Shown here: in pieces, positions 14,665 through 20,000 of the stretch | Position numbering within the stretch: position 1 is the first letter of the stretch | Layout: each line of letters starts with the position of its first letter | Virus record (IMG/VR): IMGVR_UViG_3300025653_000027 | DNA: 20,000 bases | Direction: 5' to 3' (one strand) | From: an uncultured virus (IMG/VR IMGVR_UViG_3300025653_000027) | Taxonomy: Duplodnaviria > Heunggongvirae > Uroviricota > Caudoviricetes | Position numbers and translations under genes: made by a program | The notes under the pieces: model-generated | What the model was told of the DNA's origin: nothing | Seen by the model: the letters and a program-made list of their open reading frames with translations, nothing else | Databases searched by the model: none

Positions 14665-15903
14665 TTACTTTTTGTTTTTGACTTTGCCTTTAGGCTTCAC
14701 AATTTGTGGTTTTTCAGCCTGAGCCAAGGTCTCCTGGAACACCTCGTCGAATTGAGAGGCGATCGTTTCCCAGTGGAAGGCAACGTCCGTCACACGGTCG
14801 TAGCACTTTTGAGCCACTTCATCCAGCAGCTTGCGATCGTCGTACAACTTGCCCAGCTGTTCGGCCAGGTGGTTGTCGTCGGGGCAAGGCATGATGCGAC
14901 CAAAATTGGTATCCACATCGGCGTGAAGAGAACGGATTAAGAGGCCGTAACCATCAAAGATCTCTTTACAGGACGTGTGATCGGGCACCACCTGGGCCAC
15001 ACGGCAGGCTGCGTGCTCGAAGTTAACAAGGCCCCAGCCTTCACCTTTACAGGTGTTCACGCCTACGTCAGCCACCTGATAGATCGTTTCCAGCAGGTCC
15101 ACCGGGACTGCGGGGGGCATGGGGTTAGGGGTGGTCATGATGATCCGATTATTGGGATCTAGACCTTGCCGGTTCATTTCACGTGCGAACAACGGCATGA
15201 TGTCCCAACCCTGGTCCTTCATCCCCATGTGGAGATAAAGCTTGGCATCAGGACGGTCAACTGCGAATTTGGCAAAGGCACTGATTGTGATATCAAGCCG
15301 TTTGCGGAACTGGTTCCGGTTGCCGTTGAAGACGATGAAGTCGTCGGGATTCAGACCCAACTTCTTTCGTGCCTCTGCTTTGTCTCCAGGTGAGAACTGA
15401 CCCTGGGTAACACCGTGGGGAATCACACTGACAGGTTTCCTGCAACCAGCGTTGATGGTTTCTTGTGCACCGAATTCGGTGTAACAGATGGCGGCATCCC
15501 AGTCGTTGATGGTGTCCATGAGTGCGCCGTACCACTCATAAGAGTCCATGGGGTAGTAACCCACAAACTTGAATTTCAGTTCATCGCGCAGGTCAGCAAT
15601 GCGTTTGAACTGCTCATTAACGATCCAGATGTCGTTCATGGTGAAGACGACATCAGGACGGATATTGGCGACCATCTCGCGGATGCGGTCTTCGCCAAAA
15701 GGTGCTTGCTGGAAGCGATTAGAAGCCGGATAGAGTTTATAAACCTCCTGGAGCGGTGTGTAATCGCCGTGCCAATTACAACCCAGGACGTGGATCTCGT
15801 ATTTATCTTTGAGTTTGTCGAGTACGTTTTCTGTAACGCGTGCAAAACCCGTGGTGGCGACGATATCGCCCACCCATAAAAGCTTGGGTTTACCTTCTGC
15901 CAT
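14665..15903 (-). CDS. Glycosyltransferase, GT-B fold (GT4-like)
   Basis: TGFARVT N-terminal motif, RPDVVF, VIPHGV...F.P, NRNQFRKRLD, ADVGVNT..GEGWGLVNFEHAAC (E-x7-E). Confidence 0.9.
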   Translation of the reverse strand: MAEGKPKLLWVGDIVATTGFARVTENVLDKLKDKYEIHVLGCNWHGDYTPLQEVYKLYPASNRFQQAPFGEDRIREMVANIRPDVVFTMNDIWIVNEQFKRIADLRDELKFKFVGYYPMDSYEWYGALMDTINDWDAAICYTEFGAQETINAGCRKPVSVIPHGVTQGQFSPGDKAEARKKLGLNPDDFIVFNGNRNQFRKRLDITISAFAKFAVDRPDAKLYLHMGMKDQGWDIMPLFAREMNRQGLDPNNRIIMTTPNPMPPAVPVDLLETIYQVADVGVNTCKGEGWGLVNFEHAACRVAQVVPDHTSCKEIFDGYGLLIRSLHADVDTNFGRIMPCPDDNHLAEQLGKLYDDRKLLDEVAQKCYDRVTDVAFHWETIASQFDEVFQETLAQAEKPQIVKPKGKVKNKK

Positions 15904-15906
15904 TAT

Positions 15907-15929
15907 TAGTTGATTAACTTAATCAACTA
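15907..15929. promoter_or_regulatory. 23-bp palindrome (11-bp arms, 1-nt spacer) upstream of the glycosyltransferase start
   Basis: TAGTTGATTAA-C-TTAATCAACTA, 3 nt from the ATG at 15903. Confidence 0.6.
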
Positions 15930-15940
15930 TACAAAATTAT

Positions 15941-16288
15941 TCAAGGTTGTATAGATCGGATTAGCTCCTGTTTTTTAGTTATATCCGAACAAAGTTGCTC
16001 TTTAAAGAAGTTAGCAGCGCGATTGCTGTCAGTTTTTTCCCCGCAGGTGTAGAGGTCGATAGCTGCGTAACCGACCTCAGGCCAAGTGTGAATTGAGCAG
16101 TGTGATTCTGACAGTAAAGCGAGGAGTGTTACTCCCTGTGGTGAGAATTTTTCCCCAATCACTCGCACGACGGTCGCATTAGACAGTTCAAGGGCGCGTT
16201 CCATCACACCCTTGAGAAAGTCATAATCATCTAATAGCTGCGGATCGCAGCCATAGAGATCAAGAATTAAATGGCGACCGTTGCTCAA
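15941..16288 (-). CDS. speD: S-adenosylmethionine decarboxylase proenzyme
   Basis: GRHLILDLYGC, FSPQGVT, LSESHCSIHTWPE.GYAAIDLYTCG with the E-S self-cleavage site. The TTG start overlaps the primase stop (TTGA). Confidence 0.93.
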   Translation of the reverse strand: MSNGRHLILDLYGCDPQLLDDYDFLKGVMERALELSNATVVRVIGEKFSPQGVTLLALLSESHCSIHTWPEVGYAAIDLYTCGEKTDSNRAANFFKEQLCSDITKKQELIRSIQP

Positions 16289-18936
16289 AAATCTAAATTC
16301 TCTTGTTCTATTTTCGCATCTTTTTTCTTGGTTAATACATCACCGTACATGGGCTCCCATTCGGCTTTGTTCAAACCAACTTCAACGATCGATGGGAAGT
16401 CACCGTATTTGGTGGGATTACTGGCACGAGTTGCGATGTTATTGATGCGCAAACCTCGAGAAGTGCCCATCTTGTAAACATCGAGACCAAGCTGGTGGAC
16501 ACACACGTCCATCAGTAGGGTTTCAAAACGGCTTCGACCAAGGATATTGCTGTTGCTGCCACGCGAAAACTCGCAATAGCTGGCGTACAACCATTTGTCC
16601 CAATTGCTGTAGACGTATGTTGTGCCTTGAGCTGTTTTAGCCAGGCCAACAGCACTGGATGCCCCTGGATCAAAGACGATGCAGTGACTCATCCAATCCA
16701 TGATTTGGTTGGACTTAAGGATTTGTTCCTTGTGATGCTTGGCAAAGAAGTCTACCTTCTTGTTGGTTTCCATCAGATATTCCCGCATCTCGAGTTCAGG
16801 CATTTCCAGAACCCAGTTGACAAGACCAGGGAGGAGAGCAGCGAATTCACCGAAGGGACGACCTCTGTCATCCATATCGATGAGTGTTTTTTGTTCAGCA
16901 GAAGAACCAGTGAATGGTTTATCGAAAGGAATTGTGAGCCTTCGACGTGCTAGACCCGAGGTGGGATCAGTGGTTTGGATGGGTTCGTTGGCAGTGATCA
17001 TGACCAAGCCATTGAACTTGAAAGGCTTTTGGCTTGCAGCCTGGAACTTTCGTTCGTTTCGAATTAAGTCACGACCAGTGATGGCTTTGAGTACAGAGAC
17101 AGAACCGCCGTAACGCTCGACATCGTTGAAGAGCAGAAGTTTTTTCTTGTAGAGGTTGGAGGTTTCGAACCTGTTTTTCTCGAGGTGCTCGAGCGAGGAG
17201 ATCATGGCGTTTTCATCCCCGACCAGGGCATGAGCCAGGTTTGCATAGGTTGATTTGCCGGACTTGCCGGGTCCAACAATCTCAACGAACTTCTGGATCT
17301 CGGAGTAACCAAGCAGTACAGCACGCAACCATGCCCGCAGAACTTGGGTACGACTCCAATTATTTTCTTGCGTTCCTTTTAACCACTGGATGATTGGTTC
17401 GCACTTGGCGTATGGATCGTATTGGTACGGCAGCTGCTGTGTGATATAGAGATCACGGCTAGAGGGTTTGAACTCTTTGGTTTCGATGTTCAGAACACCA
17501 TTTTCAAACAGTAGCAATTCTTTACCTTCATACCAATCATCAAAGATGACAGTGATGCGGAGTTGTTCCATCACGTCATTGATCAGCTTCATGCTGTAGC
17601 CGCTGGGCAACAGGCTTGTTTTGATCCGTTCAAACTTTGAGCGGATGTCACCTTTCATCTCAGCTTCTGAGATTTGGCACCACAGACCTTTGCGGCGATT
17701 GTGTTCATAGATAAAGAACGAACCATGCGACTGGCTGTAGAGGAGATTGCCCCCATATTCCTGAAGAAGAACTTCAGCAATTTGGTCGTAGGAGGGATTA
17801 CGTGTTCCTTTTTTATCGTTTTTATTTGTGTTCCCATGAGCTAACCACTGAACGTCACGAGAATTGGGTTTAGCTACAGAAGAGACTGGTTGCGGGAAAT
17901 CATCTTGTACATCTTTTTCTAACGCTTCAAACATGGTATTGATGTGTTCAAGTACGTGATCGTCAGGCAGCAAAGCTTTGTGCTCTTGAGAGTTGTCGTT
18001 GTATGACCAACCATTTTCTTTGGCCATGTAGTAGAGACTGCCTGGACCTCTTCCACCACCACGGACAAAAGTGAGCCAACGTTTTTGGCACTCACCTTCT
18101 TTGTATTTATCTGACTGCTTGGACCACTCATCCCATACATCGAGAAGAGAATCGTCTAACTCATGGAGGATTTGGCCGATACTGATCCAAAGATCGTAAT
18201 CATCGGCAGATTCAGGCGGCAAAGCCCAAGTTGCATCAGTTGCTTTTTTGATATCAGTTTCAAGATCCATTTCTGCATGGATCGCAAAACCAGGTCCAAT
18301 GACACGTTGGGTTTCCTTGGCTGGAACACCAAGCTTGACGTTCTTGGTAACAATCTGCTGGAGTACCCAATCGGGAAGTTCAGGGAGATTATCAACCCAT
18401 TCGTACCCCATCCCATCTGGAGTGAAGTAACCATCCGTATTGGGGTGAAGGCCCATGAGGACCCCTTGGTGGCGTTTCCAAAGGATCTCTAGTTTTTCTT
18501 TATCGCCTCCTTCAGGAGAGGTGTACCAGACATACTTATTGCGTAGGAAATGTTTATGTTTTTCGCGATCAATTTTGTATAGTTTGCGCTCACGACCGGG
18601 TTTGCCGCTGCAAATGGTCAGTGTGGGAGGCAGTGCGGCATTGAAATCGTCAATGCCGGAGAGTTCTTTGACGAGTGGATAAACAGTTTCACCATCTACG
18701 TCAACCCAAACCAAGCCGTAAGGGTAGTTGTAGACAGGTCCGCTGATCAGGCCAATGGCCTTGCAATCACCTGATAAAAGCTCTGGCTCAATATCTGCTA
18801 CAGAAAAGAAGTTGCTTTGCCAACCTGGGACATATGGATTTTTCTCACTACCTAATGGCGTGAGCGGCCAATCAACAGGGATATAGTCGAGGCGGATTTC
18901 CCCTGGCTTAAGCTTTTGTTCGTTTTTATTGGTCAT
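16285..18936 (-). CDS. Primase-helicase: Prim-Pol + PriCT-2 + D5_N + SF3 helicase
   Basis: KNPY.PGWQ, IGLISG, LVWVDVDG (Prim-Pol); YDLWISIG..LH...WDEWSKQS.KY (PriCT-2); FENGVLNIET...YIT..LPY.YDP (D5_N); Walker A GPGKSGKST, LLLFND, LKAITGRD.I..ERKF, MITANE. Confidence 0.92.
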   Translation of the reverse strand: MTNKNEQKLKPGEIRLDYIPVDWPLTPLGSEKNPYVPGWQSNFFSVADIEPELLSGDCKAIGLISGPVYNYPYGLVWVDVDGETVYPLVKELSGIDDFNAALPPTLTICSGKPGRERKLYKIDREKHKHFLRNKYVWYTSPEGGDKEKLEILWKRHQGVLMGLHPNTDGYFTPDGMGYEWVDNLPELPDWVLQQIVTKNVKLGVPAKETQRVIGPGFAIHAEMDLETDIKKATDATWALPPESADDYDLWISIGQILHELDDSLLDVWDEWSKQSDKYKEGECQKRWLTFVRGGGRGPGSLYYMAKENGWSYNDNSQEHKALLPDDHVLEHINTMFEALEKDVQDDFPQPVSSVAKPNSRDVQWLAHGNTNKNDKKGTRNPSYDQIAEVLLQEYGGNLLYSQSHGSFFIYEHNRRKGLWCQISEAEMKGDIRSKFERIKTSLLPSGYSMKLINDVMEQLRITVIFDDWYEGKELLLFENGVLNIETKEFKPSSRDLYITQQLPYQYDPYAKCEPIIQWLKGTQENNWSRTQVLRAWLRAVLLGYSEIQKFVEIVGPGKSGKSTYANLAHALVGDENAMISSLEHLEKNRFETSNLYKKKLLLFNDVERYGGSVSVLKAITGRDLIRNERKFQAASQKPFKFNGLVMITANEPIQTTDPTSGLARRRLTIPFDKPFTGSSAEQKTLIDMDDRGRPFGEFAALLPGLVNWVLEMPELEMREYLMETNKKVDFFAKHHKEQILKSNQIMDWMSHCIVFDPGASSAVGLAKTAQGTTYVYSNWDKWLYASYCEFSRGSNSNILGRSRFETLLMDVCVHQLGLDVYKMGTSRGLRINNIATRASNPTKYGDFPSIVEVGLNKAEWEPMYGDVLTKKKDAKIEQENLDF

Positions 18937-19117
18937 CGCCTGTAGCTTGGTTGACTGTTACTGTAAAGTTTCTGTCAGAGAATTGACCTTCTTTTAACAA
19001 CATGAATGCATGAAGATGCATGTTGGTTGGCAGACGAAAACAATCCCCATCAGCCGCATCGGACATGAGGTGCTGGAGAGTATTCATCCACTCACCAACG
19101 GAAACGTTGATTTCCAT
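18926..19117 (-). CDS. Hypothetical 63-aa protein
   Basis: ORF track; overlaps the primase start by 11 nt in the same orientation as its neighbours. Confidence 0.6.
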   Translation of the reverse strand: MEINVSVGEWMNTLQHLMSDAADGDCFRLPTNMHLHAFMLLKEGQFSDRNFTVTVNQATGDDQ

Positions 19118-19190
19118 TGGAGGTCTTGAATTGAGTGTCTTCTTATCCTACGGCTGGCAATCCAAGGCGAACACGTTCGAAATAATTAAA

Positions 19191-19349
19191 TTAGCAAGTC
19201 TTATGCGACTCATTTAGAACTTGATGGCCTTTGGTCTCGATGTCTTTTCTGCGTTCCAACATTCTGTTATAGATAACAATTGCATCTTCTCTGGTGACAA
19301 CTGCGGTTTCACAGGCAGACTCCCACAGTTTCGCTTCAAACTGACTCAT
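19191..19349 (-). CDS. Hypothetical 52-aa protein (not in ORF track)
   Basis: MSQFEAKLWESACETAVVTREDAIVIYNRMLERRKDIETKGHQVLNESHKTC*; overlaps the upstream gene end and fills the gap. Confidence 0.5.
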   Translation of the reverse strand: MSQFEAKLWESACETAVVTREDAIVIYNRMLERRKDIETKGHQVLNESHKTC

Positions 19350-19617
19350 CTGTATTGTTTATCTTTTCTTTATTATGCCATTTAGCAGTCAACCTCATTG
19401 CTCCACCAAGCTTCAAGGATTCACCGGTTTGTAGCTCTGGGTCAATTTTTTCTTCTGTGTATTCAGGTGTGAAGTGTTCTTCCAGCTCGCGTTCCGCCGC
19501 AATCTGGTTTTCAAGCTCGATCATTTTTAATCGAGCTTTTAGTTTTGATTCAAACCAAAGCCGTTTCAACCATTCGATAACGGCTTCGATGATGTCCTTA
19601 AATAAGGTCCGGATCAT
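19336..19617 (-). CDS. Hypothetical ~93-aa protein with amphipathic N-terminal helix
   Basis: ORF track 19336..19635. ATG at 19617 (MIRTLFKDIIEAVIEWLKRLW) gives the smaller overlap with the upstream gene. Confidence 0.6.
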   Translation of the reverse strand: MIRTLFKDIIEAVIEWLKRLWFESKLKARLKMIELENQIAAERELEEHFTPEYTEEKIDPELQTGESLKLGGAMRLTAKWHNKEKINNTDESV

Positions 19618-19999
19618 AAATGTTGCAGTTGTCAACCTGCTTGTAATATTCTTCTACGATTTTGTACCAGTCGTTGTGGAGGAGGTCCAGGTAACGACGT
19701 GAGATCTTGAAGATCTGTGTGCGGGCTGGCGTTGAAACAAGAATTGCAGCCTGGGACACCTTGAGACCAAGAGTTTGCTGGATAGCAATGTCGTAGGCAG
19801 CCAGTTGCTTACAGGTTTTTTTGAACTTCATGTGACCACCGAGCAGGTCTCGCCATTCCTGAGAACCCTTCTCATATTCTTTGGGCCATTTACGGCAGTA
19901 GGGTTTGACGCTGGTTTTTAAGTCAGCAAGAGTAAGCTTGTTATTAGCCACAGCAATAATGTCAGGAGCCCCAGCCCAGGCGCGACCTTCATCGTCGCA
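19598..19999 (-). CDS. PD-(D/E)XK nuclease (RecB/Cas4-like exonuclease), 5'-truncated
   Basis: Frame open to the window edge: ...WAGAPDIIAV....LTLADLKTS...KQLAAY (motifs II, III and QxxxY). Confidence 0.85.
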   Translation of the reverse strand, partial: CDDEGRAWAGAPDIIAVANNKLTLADLKTSVKPYCRKWPKEYEKGSQEWRDLLGGHMKFKKTCKQLAAYDIAIQQTLGLKVSQAAILVSTPARTQIFKISRRYLDLLHNDWYKIVEEYYKQVDNCNIYDPDLI

Positions 20000-20000
20000 G

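Noticed and set aside
14704..18682. Plus-strand and alternate-frame ORFs within the GT, speD and primase genes
   Set aside because: Shadows of well-supported minus-strand genes
19598..19999. Cas4/CRISPR system
   Set aside because: Only a PD-(D/E)XK nuclease fragment; no repeat-spacer array or other cas genes seen
1..20000. tRNA, rRNA, introns or HIP1 (GCGATCGC) enrichment
   Set aside because: No cloverleaf, interrupted gene or exact HIP1 octamer noticed by eye; not computationally excluded

Overview
A 20-kb segment of a tailed dsDNA phage genome, most likely a cyanophage (CP12-like peptide, cyanophage-type endolysin N-terminus, speD). The + strand (1-11873) is a late/structural block. It holds three Ser/Thr/Gly-rich fibre-shaft proteins ending in the same ~90-aa domain, a glycine-rich adhesin-like protein with a small partner, a 1780-aa LRR/L-domain-like solenoid with a small partner, a peptidase-M15 endolysin and a 53-aa ORF. 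The - strand (20000 down to 11870) carries a PD-(D/E)XK nuclease, small ORFs, a Prim-Pol/PriCT-2/D5 SF3 primase-helicase, speD, a GT-B glycosyltransferase, a terminator and structured ~300-bp gap, two degenerate HNH-like proteins, hypotheticals, an unannotated 47-aa CP12-C-terminal-like peptide and a holin-like peptide. Most notable: (1) a pervasive [S/T]-G dipeptide bias in the fibre proteins plus a phage glycosyltransferase (candidate virion glycosylation system); (2) a modular shaft/dock/tip/partner fibre architecture with two collinear paralogues; (3) the minimal CP12; (4) dyad DNA sites. All family assignments are by motif recognition and all counts are by eye; no searches were run.
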